Source of the DNA: Xanthobacteraceae bacterium
Lineage (GTDB): Bacteria; Pseudomonadota; Alphaproteobacteria; Rhizobiales; Xanthobacteraceae
Reading direction: 5' to 3'
Assembly (NCBI GenBank): GCA_045801465.1
Contig: JBJMSU010000065.1
Span: 1,992 to 65,991 of the forward strand
Length of the DNA stretch: 64,000 nucleotides
The translations under genes were made by a program, and so were the position numbers. The notes beneath the pieces were generated by a model that saw only the letters and a program-made list of their open reading frames with translations, was not told the DNA's origin and did not search any database. How positions within the stretch are numbered: the stretch's first letter is position 1; every line of letters begins with the position of its first letter. Below, one piece after another: positions 28,112-38,757 of the stretch.

Positions 28112-28834
28112 ATGGACCCGCTTCTCGAGGTGACGGACCTGTCGAAACGATTCGGCGGCTTGCGCGCGATCCAGAACGTCGGTTTCCCGGTTCCCGCCGG
28201 GGCGATCTTCGCCGTCATCGGACCGAACGGCGCCGGCAAGACCACGCTGTTCAACCTCATTGCCGGCAGCTTGCGGCCGGACGCAGGCAGCATCCATTTC
28301 GCCGGCGAGCGGATCGATGGCCTCGCGCCGGACGCGGTGTGCCGGCGTGGCATCGGCCGAACCTTCCAGATCGTGCGCCCGTTTCCGGCTTTGACGGTCG
28401 AGGAGAACGTCGTCATCGGGGCGCTGCTGCACGCGCACAATGTCGAGACGGCGCGCAGCGCCGCCGGCGAGGTGCTCCGCCGGCTCGATCTTTACGAAAA
28501 GCGACATCAACCGGCGTCGTCGCTCACGCTTCCCGACCGCAAGCGGCTCGAAGTCGCGCGGGCGCTCGCCACCAGGCCGAAGCTCCTCCTGCTCGATGAA
28601 ACCATGGCAGGCTTGCGGCCGACCGAAACCGATCGCATGGTCGCCACCCTGCGCGAGCTTAACCGCAGCGGGCTCACGATTCTGCTGATCGAGCACGTCA
28701 TGCGGGCCGTGATGGCGCTCGCCTCGCACATCCTGGTGCTGCACCATGGCGCGACGATCGCGCAGGGGAGCCCGCGCGAGGTGGTCCGGGATCCGGCCGT
28801 ACTCTCCTCCTACCTCGGCGCCGAGGCATTGTGA
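28112..28834 (+). CDS. livG: Branched-chain amino-acid ABC transporter ATP-binding protein
   Basis: Walker A is GPNGAGKTT. It also has the N-terminal LEV.DLSKRFGGL string and the LLLLDE (Walker B) motif. Confidence 0.9.
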   Translation: MDPLLEVTDLSKRFGGLRAIQNVGFPVPAGAIFAVIGPNGAGKTTLFNLIAGSLRPDAGSIHFAGERIDGLAPDAVCRRGIGRTFQIVRPFPALTVEENVVIGALLHAHNVETARSAAGEVLRRLDLYEKRHQPASSLTLPDRKRLEVARALATRPKLLLLDETMAGLRPTETDRMVATLRELNRSGLTILLIEHVMRAVMALASHILVLHHGATIAQGSPREVVRDPAVLSSYLGAEAL

Positions 28835-29538
28835 TGCTGCGGGTCGAAGGCCTGGACATGTTTCACGGCGATGCCCAGGCGCTCGACGGCGTCTCGCTCG
28901 AGGTCCCGGAAGGCGAGATCGTCGCCATCGTCGGGGCGAACGGCGCCGGGAAGACTTCGCTCATCCGCACCATCGCCGGGATGCACCGTCCCGCGCGCGG
29001 ACGCATCCTGTTTCGCGGGGTCGACATCGCCGGCTGGCCGAGCCACCGCGTCTGCAACCTCGGCATCGGCCAGGTCGCCGAAGGCCGTCAGGTCTTCGCG
29101 ACGCTGACGGTCGCCGAGAATCTCGAGATGGGCGCCATGCTGCCGCGCGGCCGGGCTGCGCGCACGCGCAATCGCGAGCGCATCCATGCCGCGTTCCCGG
29201 TCCTGACGGAACGGGCGGAACAGCTGGCGGGGACATGGTCGGGCGGCGAGCAGCAGATGCTCGCGATCGGCCGCTGCCTGATGGGCTCGCCCGAACTGGT
29301 GATGTTCGACGAGCCCTCGCTCGGCCTTGCCCCGACGGTCGTGCAGGCCGTTCTCGGAATTATCCGCGAGTTGAACCGCGACGGGCTGACCTGCCTTCTG
29401 GTCGAGCAGAACGTCGCGGTCTCGCTCAAGCTGGCACAGCATGCCTATGTGCTGGAGAACGGCCGCATCACGCTCAGCGGCAGCGGCGAGGTGCTGCTCG
29501 CCGACGACCGCGTCCGCCAGGCCTATCTGGGGCTGTAG
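28831..29538 (+). CDS. livF: Branched-chain amino-acid ABC transporter ATP-binding protein
   Basis: Walker A is GANGAGKTS. The signature is WSGGEQQMLAIGR. There is a 4-nt overlap with livG. Confidence 0.9.
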   Translation: MMLRVEGLDMFHGDAQALDGVSLEVPEGEIVAIVGANGAGKTSLIRTIAGMHRPARGRILFRGVDIAGWPSHRVCNLGIGQVAEGRQVFATLTVAENLEMGAMLPRGRAARTRNRERIHAAFPVLTERAEQLAGTWSGGEQQMLAIGRCLMGSPELVMFDEPSLGLAPTVVQAVLGIIRELNRDGLTCLLVEQNVAVSLKLAQHAYVLENGRITLSGSGEVLLADDRVRQAYLGL

Positions 29539-29542
29539 GGGA

Positions 29543-29785
29543 TTATCGCCGGATCAGGGCGGCGAGGGCGGCGACGCGGGCGGTGAGCGGCGCGCGCGGG
29601 AAGGCGCGGCGTAATGAGCCCAGCGCCTGCGCATCGCTGTCCGGCGCCGATGCCGTGAGGTACGCGGCCATGGATCGCGCCAGCTCGGCTTGCGAGACCC
29701 CGGTGAGCTCGCGTGGCGCCAGCGACACATCTCCCAGCGCAACAGGCTCGTGAACCCGGATGGTCAACGGGGCGGCGACACGCAT
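29543..29785 (-). CDS. Small hypothetical protein (80 aa)
   Basis: An internal ATG at 29783-29785 of ORF 29543..29908 gives MRVAAPLTIRVHEPVALGDV.... Composition is plausible and I recognise no motif. Confidence 0.3.
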   Translation of the reverse strand: MRVAAPLTIRVHEPVALGDVSLAPRELTGVSQAELARSMAAYLTASAPDSDAQALGSLRRAFPRAPLTARVAALAALIRR

Positions 29786-30021
29786 GGCGAACCCTCGGGA
29801 AGGAAAATTTGAAATCGTGGACGCGCACGTAAACTCTCCACGGCCGCCGGAGTTCCCGTCGGTTGTTAGCGAACTGATGGCAAGCTGACTATTGCCACGC
29901 GCTTTCAAGCATAGGTGGACAAAGGCTTGATAATAAACGATTTTATGACAATTGGGTAGCGGATCAAAGGCGCCGGGGCTGGTGCTTGCTGATGATGCGC
30001 GCCGAGGGTAGGAACGTAGGC

Positions 30022-30264
30022 GTGAGTAAGCGCTGTGAAGCTATGCGGCGAAACCCGGCCGGTGATTGGACAATTCGGGACGTCGAAGCTGTTTGCCGCG
30101 AATTCGGAGTGATCTGCGAGCCATCGCGTGGCGGGAGTTCCCATTACAAGGTGGCACATCCCCGGATGACCGAAAAGCTGACCATTCCTTACAAACGGCC
30201 AATCAAACCCGTATACATTCGGAAGCTGGTTGCGTTTATTGATGCAGTGAGAACAGGCCGATGA
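30022..30264 (+). CDS. hicA: HicA-family type II toxin (mRNA interferase)
   Basis: The HicA pattern GGSSHYKVAHPRMTEKLTIPYKRPIKPVYIRKLVAFID is present. The start is uncertain (GTG 30022 or ATG 30043). The stop overlaps the hicB ATG (ATGA). Confidence 0.75.
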   Translation: MSKRCEAMRRNPAGDWTIRDVEAVCREFGVICEPSRGGSSHYKVAHPRMTEKLTIPYKRPIKPVYIRKLVAFIDAVRTGR

Positions 30265-30485
30265 GTCGTCTTGAATATCCTGTCGTTGTCGCGCCTTTGC
30301 CGATCGAGGACGGTGGCGGCTTCATTGCCACGGTGCCTGATCTGCCTGGCTGCATGAGCGATGGCGCCACTCCCGAGGAGGCGGTCTCGAACGTTCAGGA
30401 TGCAATCGTTGCCTGGATCGAAGCCGCCCGCGACCTCGGCCATGACATACCGAAACCCTCACGTCATGTCGCATTGACGGCGTAA
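30261..30485 (+). CDS. hicB: HicB-family antitoxin (N-terminal HicB fold only)
   Basis: The translation YPVVVAPLPIEDGGGFIATVPDLPGCMSDGATPEEAVSNVQDAIVAWIE matches the UPF0150/HicB pattern. At 74 aa it has no obvious DNA-binding tail. Confidence 0.8.
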   Translation: MSRLEYPVVVAPLPIEDGGGFIATVPDLPGCMSDGATPEEAVSNVQDAIVAWIEAARDLGHDIPKPSRHVALTA

Positions 30486-30524
30486 GCCGGTCAGCCCGCG
30501 GTGCGGGCGCGGCGCGGTTATCGA

Positions 30525-31115
30525 ATGAGATCGTCAACTCGCCTCGCACTGCTTCTGGTCGCCTGTTTCGCGTCGGGCGGCACACGCGCGCAAGGCCTTG
30601 CGGCCAATGAGTTTCGGCGCGTCGGTTCCGGATTCACATGTGTCACTGTCACTAAGGATTTCGAATCCGGTTACCTGCCATGCTTGCGAATTGGTCCCCT
30701 CTACGTCGGGCAGCGCGAGAAAGACATTGAGAAGCTCGTCGGCAAGCCGTGGAAGGCTATCCGGCAGGACGCCGCGACCGTGATCAAGGTGTATTCAATT
30801 GCATCGAAAGAAACAGAGAAGCCCTACTGGGTCATAACGTTTACACGAGGCGTTGCCGCCACAGTCCAAGTCACCGGCAGGAATCCCGGCGTCGAGTATC
30901 CATTTTCTTCGATCAAGCTCGGCGACCCCAAGGAAAAAGTCCTGCAAGTTCTCGGGGAGCCGATGGCGTCCGCGCCGATCGATCAGTCCAGAGGGACGGT
31001 TTGGGCCTACCCGCCTTGGCCGTTTTCAGTGGAGCTGGTCGACGACCTCGTCTACTCGATTCGTGTCACGTCGCCGCAACAAACGACGACGGCCCCGCCG
31101 CCGGCGTCACGATAA
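30525..31115 (+). CDS. Hypothetical lipoprotein
   Basis: MRSSTRLALLLVACFASGG carries the lipobox L-V-A-C. GC is lower than in the flanks. I recognise no domain. Confidence 0.6.
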   Translation: MRSSTRLALLLVACFASGGTRAQGLAANEFRRVGSGFTCVTVTKDFESGYLPCLRIGPLYVGQREKDIEKLVGKPWKAIRQDAATVIKVYSIASKETEKPYWVITFTRGVAATVQVTGRNPGVEYPFSSIKLGDPKEKVLQVLGEPMASAPIDQSRGTVWAYPPWPFSVELVDDLVYSIRVTSPQQTTTAPPPASR

Positions 31116-31213
31116 ATAATCTCCGCACTCGACTTGGGCCGGGCACCGGCCGCTGCTGCCCCTTGGGAGCGTCGGAAGGTGAGGCAAGAGGCCGCGGCGC
31201 GCGCCGTTAATGA

Positions 31214-31915
31214 CTATTTCGCCGGCGGGCCCATGGTCACCGTGAGCGTGCCGACGCCCGCGACCTCGCATTCGAGCTTGTCGCCCGGCACCGTGGCGGC
31301 GACGCCGGACGGCGTGCCGGTCATGATGACGTCGCCGGCGGCAAGCTCCACCATCTCGGACAGCTTGCCGATGACCTCCGGCACGTTCCAGATGAGCTGC
31401 TCGAGGTCGCCGTCCTGCCGGACCTTGCCGTTGCACTTCAGCATGATGCGGCCTTTGGCGGGATGACCGATCTCGGATGCGGGTCTCAGCGCGCCGCATG
31501 GCGCGGAGGCATCGAATGCCTTGCCGATCTCCCACGGGCGCTTGAGGTCGCGCGAGGCGATCTGCAGATCGCGCCGCGTCAAATCGATGCCGACGCCATA
31601 GCCGTAGATGCAATCGTTGGCGCGCCGCACATCGATATTGCGGCCGCCGCTCTTGAGCGCCACCACCAGCTCGACCTCGTGATGAAGGTCCTTGGTCAGC
31701 GGCGGGTAGGGGATCGTGGAGCCGTCCGGTACGACCGCGTCGGCGGGCTTGGCGAAGAAGAACGGCGGCTCGCGCTCGTCCTGTCCCATCTCGCGGATGT
31801 GCTCGAGGTAGTTGCGCCCGACACACCAGACCCGGCGGACCGGAAACAGCTTGGCCGTGCCGGCGACCGCAATGGAAGGCTGCGGCGGCGGCGGAATGAC
31901 GTAACGCTCGTCCAT
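31214..31915 (-). CDS. Fumarylacetoacetate hydrolase (FAH) family protein
   Basis: Motifs are GRNYLEHIREMG, HHEVELVVAL and GDVIMTGTPSGV. Confidence 0.88.
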   Translation of the reverse strand: MDERYVIPPPPQPSIAVAGTAKLFPVRRVWCVGRNYLEHIREMGQDEREPPFFFAKPADAVVPDGSTIPYPPLTKDLHHEVELVVALKSGGRNIDVRRANDCIYGYGVGIDLTRRDLQIASRDLKRPWEIGKAFDASAPCGALRPASEIGHPAKGRIMLKCNGKVRQDGDLEQLIWNVPEVIGKLSEMVELAAGDVIMTGTPSGVAATVPGDKLECEVAGVGTLTVTMGPPAK

Positions 31916-31959
31916 GGAGTTGCTCGTCCTTGGTTTGGCAGCAGTGAAAGACGTTCGTC

Positions 31960-33768
<1,809 letters not shown>

Positions 33769-33859
33769 TGACTTAAGTCCTTGCCCGGCCGGGGCGGGTT
33801 TTTCAAGGGAAAACGGTCGAGTCCGCCCCTATTTCGGCTCGGTGCGCAATGGCGAATGG

Positions 33860-34846
33860 CTACCGACTGCGTGCCCGCAGCTTGCGTTCCCAGGCCAGCG
33901 CGTGGCCGACGATGGTCGCAAGGTCGTCGAGCTGCGGCTGCCAGCCGAGCAGCGAACGCGCGCGCTCGCAGGCGGCCACGATGCGGGCCGGATCGCCAGG
34001 GCGCCGCGGGCCGAGCTGGACGGAAAAATCGACGCCCGAGACTTTCTTCACCGTCTCGATCACTTCGAGCACCGAGAAGCCGTGACCGTAGCCGCAATTG
34101 AGCGTCACCGAGGCGCAGTCGGCGCGCAGATAGCGCAGAGCGTCGATGTGCGCCCGGGTCAGGTCGGTGACATGGATGTAGTCGCGGATGCAGGTCCCGT
34201 CAGGGGTCGGATAGTCGGTGCCGTAGACTTCGATCCGGGGACGCACGCCGAGCGCCGTTTCCACCGCCACCTTGATCAGGTGCGTGGCGCCGCGCGTCGA
34301 TTGGCCGGTGCGCAGCATCGGATCGGCGCCCGCCACATTGAAGTAGCGCAGGATGACGTAGCGCAGATCATGCGCCTCCCCGGCGTCGCGCAGCATGATC
34401 TCGGTCATCAGCTTGGAGGAGCCGTAGGGCGACATCGGAGCAGGCGGCGCGTCCTCGGGAACCGGCACCTGCGCCGGATTGCCATAAACCGCCGCCGTGG
34501 ACGAAAAGATGAAACGGCGCACGCCGGCCGCCACCGCGGCTGCGATCAGCGTCCGCGAGTTGGCGGTGTTGTTGCGGTAGTAATCGAGGGGCTGACTGAC
34601 CGATTCGGGAACTACCACGGACGCCGCGAAGTGAATGATCGCGTCAACCCCGTGCCGCTCCATGACCGAGCGCATGAGGTCCCCGTCGCCGGTCTCGGCT
34701 TCCACCAGCGGCACGTCAGGCGGAACAGCCCAGCGAAAGCCGGTCGAGAAATTGTCGACGACGACGACCTGTTCGCCGCGATCCACCAGCTCGTGGACCA
34801 TGTGGCTGCCGATATAGCCCGCGCCGCCGGTCACGAGGACGGTCAT
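33860..34846 (-). CDS. galE: UDP-glucose 4-epimerase
   Basis: Motifs are MTVLVTGGAGYIGSHMVHEL, SPYGSSK, and the LRYFNVAGA and RDYIHVTDL strings. Confidence 0.9.
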   Translation of the reverse strand: MTVLVTGGAGYIGSHMVHELVDRGEQVVVVDNFSTGFRWAVPPDVPLVEAETGDGDLMRSVMERHGVDAIIHFAASVVVPESVSQPLDYYRNNTANSRTLIAAAVAAGVRRFIFSSTAAVYGNPAQVPVPEDAPPAPMSPYGSSKLMTEIMLRDAGEAHDLRYVILRYFNVAGADPMLRTGQSTRGATHLIKVAVETALGVRPRIEVYGTDYPTPDGTCIRDYIHVTDLTRAHIDALRYLRADCASVTLNCGYGHGFSVLEVIETVKKVSGVDFSVQLGPRRPGDPARIVAACERARSLLGWQPQLDDLATIVGHALAWERKLRARSR

Positions 34847-34974
34847 GGCGCATATCCGCTCGGTCGAATCATGGCGCCCCGCTCTATATCACGGGCATGA
34901 AAAAGTCCTGAGGGACCGGCGCCAGTTCGGGCTGTGGGTCAGCCGGGCGGCCGCGCCACTCCGCCGGGTTGCGG

Positions 34975-35340
34975 TCAGGCCGCCTGCCGTTGCGGGGGAA
35001 CGGGGCGCCGCCCGTGGTGCTGCGGGGACCGCTTGGGGGGCGGTCGGCCGGGCAAACCGTTGCGCACGGCGAAATCCATCTCGCAACGACGCACGCCGAT
35101 ATCGGCCAGCGTGCGATCGTCGAGCTGGTCGAGCGCACGAACGGCCTCGCGCCGGAGACGCTCGGCGGCCCAGTGGCGGGCCAGACGGGCGCTCCGCCGG
35201 GCCACGAAGCGGAGCCATTCCGTAAGCCCGCGTGCGGCGCTGCGAATGCATGCGCCGATGGCTAAGTTGCGCGCAAGGCGCAGTTGGCGATCAATTTCGA
35301 AGGACGACGGCTGCCGCCTCGGGTCGGCGATCTCGAGCAT
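34975..35340 (-). CDS. DUF1127-domain protein with unusually long flanks
   Basis: The core LDQLDDRTLADIGVRRCEM matches the DUF1127 pattern (L..LDDR.L.DIG..R..I). The N- and C-terminal extensions are Arg/Pro-rich, so the true boundaries are uncertain. Confidence 0.5.
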   Translation of the reverse strand: MLEIADPRRQPSSFEIDRQLRLARNLAIGACIRSAARGLTEWLRFVARRSARLARHWAAERLRREAVRALDQLDDRTLADIGVRRCEMDFAVRNGLPGRPPPKRSPQHHGRRPVPPQRQAA

Positions 35341-35430
35341 GGCTCAATCTCCTGCTTCCCATGCAGGCACGCCTCGCCGCGGCTGGCACGTGGGCGGATA
35401 TCTAGCGGTGAACGAGATTCGACGCTTGAG

Positions 35431-35492
35431 GGAGAATTTCCCTTTGGCGTGAATTTCCCTGGAGATTTCTTGTAGATGTCCTGGAGATTTCC
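35431..35492. promoter_or_regulatory. Cluster of direct repeats in the DUF1127/regulator divergent intergenic region (candidate operator)
   Basis: gaatttccct occurs at 35434-35443 and 35451-35460. cctggagatttc occurs at 35458-35469 and 35480-35491. The GGAGA(A)TTTC core appears three times. Confidence 0.45.
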
Positions 35493-35580
35493 TGAATGTG
35501 CTATTCTTCCAGTGCCTTGGTGGTCACCTTCTACGCCGTGCTCGCGTAGATCGGCGACCCGGTGGAACCCGGAGGGAGGC

Positions 35581-37200
35581 TTGGACTTCCGCTTCGCCGA
35601 GTACGAGATCGATATCGGGCGGCATGAGCTGCGCCGAGCGGGCGAAGTCGTCGCCATCGAGCCGCAGGTGTTCGACCTTTTGGTCTACCTCGTTCGGCAC
35701 CGCGACCGAATCATCAGCAAGGACGAGCTGATCGATGCCGTCTGGCACGGTCGCATCGTCTCGGATGCAGCGCTCAGCTCCTGCATCAGTGCCGCGCGGC
35801 GCGCCATCGGCGACAATGGAGACGACCAGCTCCTCATCCGCACGCTCCACAAGCGCGGGTTCCGCTTTGTCGGCCGTGTCGATGACGACATCTCGGCGGC
35901 CGCACCCGCAGATGACGCGAGACCTGCGCGGAAGGCTGCCACCGCCCGGGATTCGCGGGAACGCACGGGCGATGCCGAAGCCTCGAGGGTGCAACTGGCA
36001 CTTCCCGATAAGCCTTCGATCGCCGTCTTGCCGTTTCAGAACATGAGCGGCGATCCGGAACAGGACTACTTCGCCGACGGGCTGACCGAAGACATCATCA
36101 CGGGTCTATCCCAGCAGCGGTGGTTCTTCGTCATCGCCCGCAATTCCAGTTTTGCTTACAAGGGCGAAGCGGTCGATGTGCGCAAGGTGGCGAGCCAGCT
36201 CGGCGTGCGGTACGTCCTCGAAGGCAGCGTGCGCAGGGCCGCCGACCGCGTGCGCGTGACCGGACAATTGATCGACGCCACGCACGGAGTTCACCTGTGG
36301 GCGGATAAGTACGATCGTAAATTGACCGATATTTTCGAGCTCCAGGACGACATCACCAACAGCGTCATTGGCTCGGTCGGGCCGGAAATCCTGGTGGCGG
36401 AAGCGGCGCGCGTGCGTCGCAAACCGCCGCAGAACATCGACGCCTGGGATCTGGTGATGCAGGCGCTGCCGCACATGTGGCGCATGAGCACGGATGCGCA
36501 ACGGCAGGCGCAGGAATTGCTGCGCCAGGCCATCGCCCTCGACGCCGAGTATGCCCACGCGCACGCGTTGCTGGGATGGATCCATGTCGTCATGTTCAAT
36601 TTGGATTCGCGCACGCCGATCGGTGAATTCACCGACAAGGCGCTCGCTGCGGGCGCGCGGGCCCTCACGCTCGACGAGCAGGAGCCTTGGGGCCATCTTG
36701 TCGTCGGGCTTGGCCATGCGCGACGGCGGCGCCCCGAGCTGGCCGTGACTCACCTGTCGAAATCGCTCGACTTGAACCCCAACTTCGTGCTCGGCCATGC
36801 GGGACTCGGCTACGCATTGGCGTGCGGCGGCCAGCCGGAACGCGGGCTGCAGTCGCTGGCGCAGGCGCAGAGACTGAGCCCGCGCGATCCGTTTCTCGCC
36901 ATCTATGCGCCGACGGTGCGCTACATGGCGCTGTTTGCGCTTGCCCGGTACGAAGAGGCGGTTGCCGTGTGCCGTTCCACCGCGGCATTGCACCCCCATC
37001 ATGCCGGTGCCTGGCGACTGATGACCGTATCCCTGGCGCTGCTCGGCAGAATCGACGAGGCAAAAGACGCTCTTGCGCACACGCTCACCCTTCAGCCCGA
37101 TCTTTCCAGCGCCCATGTCACAAACAACACGGTGTTCGCCGATCCGGCGGATCGTGCCCGCTTTCTCCTCGGACTGCAGAAGGCCGGGTTGGAGAACTAA
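35581..37200 (+). CDS. Transcriptional regulator with an OmpR/PhoB-type winged-helix DNA-binding domain, a TolB-N-like region and TPR repeats (no receiver domain)
   Basis: The likely TTG start at 35581 follows GGAGGGAGG. The wHTH reads FAEYEIDIGRHELRRAGEVVAIEPQVFDLLVYLVRHRDRIISKDELIDAVWHGR. SIAVLPFQNMSGDPEQDYFADGLTEDIITGLS follows, and the C-terminus has TPR-like helices. Confidence 0.82.
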   Translation: MDFRFAEYEIDIGRHELRRAGEVVAIEPQVFDLLVYLVRHRDRIISKDELIDAVWHGRIVSDAALSSCISAARRAIGDNGDDQLLIRTLHKRGFRFVGRVDDDISAAAPADDARPARKAATARDSRERTGDAEASRVQLALPDKPSIAVLPFQNMSGDPEQDYFADGLTEDIITGLSQQRWFFVIARNSSFAYKGEAVDVRKVASQLGVRYVLEGSVRRAADRVRVTGQLIDATHGVHLWADKYDRKLTDIFELQDDITNSVIGSVGPEILVAEAARVRRKPPQNIDAWDLVMQALPHMWRMSTDAQRQAQELLRQAIALDAEYAHAHALLGWIHVVMFNLDSRTPIGEFTDKALAAGARALTLDEQEPWGHLVVGLGHARRRRPELAVTHLSKSLDLNPNFVLGHAGLGYALACGGQPERGLQSLAQAQRLSPRDPFLAIYAPTVRYMALFALARYEEAVAVCRSTAALHPHHAGAWRLMTVSLALLGRIDEAKDALAHTLTLQPDLSSAHVTNNTVFADPADRARFLLGLQKAGLEN

Positions 37201-37922
37201 ACAAACGCGTGGACGATGAGGCGGCCGCGCTGCGGCTCGTTGGTGACGAGCGCGACGAGCTTCTTCGCCCAGCGCGACGATGGCGTATACATGACCTCGG
37301 CGCGGGCAAAGCCGGCGGCGTTGAGCGCATCCAGCACCCATGCACGAGTCGGATAACCGCCGTGGTGCCATTTGAACTTGGTTGCGTCCTCGTCGCCGGG
37401 AAAGAACGTGATCAGGGGGACCCATTCGTGCACGGCGGGCAGCAGCGAATGGGTTTCGAGGATGAGCTGGCCGGCCGTCACGCTCCTGATCCGCTCGAGG
37501 CCGACCAGCGGATTGCGCATGTGGTAGAGGACGCCGGCGCAGAAGACGAGATCGAAGCGCCCGACTGCCTCCGGACTGAGATCATGCACATCCATGCGGC
37601 GGTACTCGACCTTGCTCTTGAAATGCTCGCGCGCGAGGAGAAAGCAGTCGAGCGCGCCATGATCCCAGGCGTAGGTGTCGATGGCCAGCACGCGGGCGCC
37701 GCGCCGCTCGAATTCGAACGAGAAATAGCCGTCCCACGCGCCGATATCGAGCACTGTCTTGCCGGAGAGATCGGCGGGGATTTGCAGCAGACGCAGACGG
37801 CGGCGAAAACGCCGCTGCACGTGCCAGGGCCGCGTCACCAGGCCGTTGCCGAAATCTAACGGAGAGTGGAATCGCGGCAGGAGCGCCTGGACGCGTGCCC
37901 TCAGATCGTCTTGTTCGGACAT
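37197..37922 (-). CDS. Class I SAM-dependent methyltransferase
   Basis: The SAM motif I is KTVLDIGAWDGYFSFEFERRGA. The stop overlaps the convergent regulator stop by 4 nt. Confidence 0.8.
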   Translation of the reverse strand: MSEQDDLRARVQALLPRFHSPLDFGNGLVTRPWHVQRRFRRRLRLLQIPADLSGKTVLDIGAWDGYFSFEFERRGARVLAIDTYAWDHGALDCFLLAREHFKSKVEYRRMDVHDLSPEAVGRFDLVFCAGVLYHMRNPLVGLERIRSVTAGQLILETHSLLPAVHEWVPLITFFPGDEDATKFKWHHGGYPTRAWVLDALNAAGFARAEVMYTPSSRWAKKLVALVTNEPQRGRLIVHAFV

Positions 37923-37947
37923 CCGCGTGAGCGTAGCTGGTGGGCCG

Positions 37948-38757
37948 TCAATGGCCCGTCACCTGCCGCACCTCGTTGAGCACGAAGTTGCCGACCCGCT
38001 TGCCGCGGTTGCGCAAGAACCGGACGGTGCCGGCATCGACGAAGTAGGTGAGCAGAATGCTGTCGCGCGTGTCGACCTCGGAGCCGACCGGGTCGGCCGA
38101 GTGCCAGGTGACGTCGCTCACCGCAAAGGCGTAGCCGGTGTTGCGGGCAAACCGCATCTGTGCGCCCCGCGTCAGGGTTCCGTCCGGCTGCCGGCCGTGA
38201 AAGATCGTGCCGATGTTCACGTGGGCGTCGTCGCGCGGCAGGTAGAGCTGAACCGTGATCCCTTTCCATTGCGTATCGGTGTGCGGCAGGATCTTGTAGC
38301 CCGGAACGTCGCGGGTGAGGATCGGGACCGGATAGAGAGCGACGTCGGCGAAGCTCTCGCCGAAGCGCCGCCTGAGCTCGGGGGCGAGGCGGCGGACGAA
38401 AGCGGCCTGGACCTCGCTCGAGCACAAGGCGCGGCCGACGATGTCCCAAACCGGGCGCTTCTCCGCCGGAAGGCTGCGGATGTATTCTGGGAACAGGTCG
38501 ATCTTCACCCGCGTCGGCGTTCCGTCCTCGCGCACGTCCTCCTTGCGCCGCCCCGACATGCGCCGGTAATCCGAGGTGACCGGCATTGCCGCCAGCATGG
38601 CCGCATAGACGTTCTCCGGAAAGACGCGATCGAATTGGAGATGATAGAACGGGCTGTCGACAGCGCGCGCCGAATCCACGGACGTCGCGACGAAGGCGAT
38701 CAGATCCTTGACGGCGCGGCTGCGGTCCGTCGCGCTCAATCCAACCGTTTGATCCAT
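37948..38757 (-). CDS. Hypothetical protein, possible Fe(II)/2-oxoglutarate-oxygenase (double-stranded beta-helix) fold
   Basis: Start at MDQTVGLS (ATG at 38755-38757). A candidate HxD...H triad is LPHTDTQWKG, with VTWHSADP about 60 aa downstream. It lies 25 nt upstream of the methyltransferase. Confidence 0.55.
   Translation of the reverse strand: MDQTVGLSATDRSRAVKDLIAFVATSVDSARAVDSPFYHLQFDRVFPENVYAAMLAAMPVTSDYRRMSGRRKEDVREDGTPTRVKIDLFPEYIRSLPAEKRPVWDIVGRALCSSEVQAAFVRRLAPELRRRFGESFADVALYPVPILTRDVPGYKILPHTDTQWKGITVQLYLPRDDAHVNIGTIFHGRQPDGTLTRGAQMRFARNTGYAFAVSDVTWHSADPVGSEVDTRDSILLTYFVDAGTVRFLRNRGKRVGNFVLNEVRQVTGH

Noticed and set aside
29926-29955. A sigma-70-type promoter for hicA in the AT-rich stretch cttgataataaacgattttatgacaattgg.
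   Set aside because: A TTGATA -35-like hexamer is present, but no acceptable -10 hexamer lies at 16-18 nt spacing. This is too weak to annotate.
29786-31115. Calling the HicAB islet a mobile element or genomic island.
   Set aside because: I found no integrase, transposase, tRNA attachment site or flanking direct repeats. Only the lower GC and the accessory gene content support horizontal origin, so it is reported as a finding and not as a mobile_element feature.
33769-33859. A possible terminator or structured RNA between galE and the ABC exporter gene.
   Set aside because: The only pairing (ggggcgg/ccgcccc) encloses a 24-nt loop and has no T-tract on the coding strand. That is not convincing.
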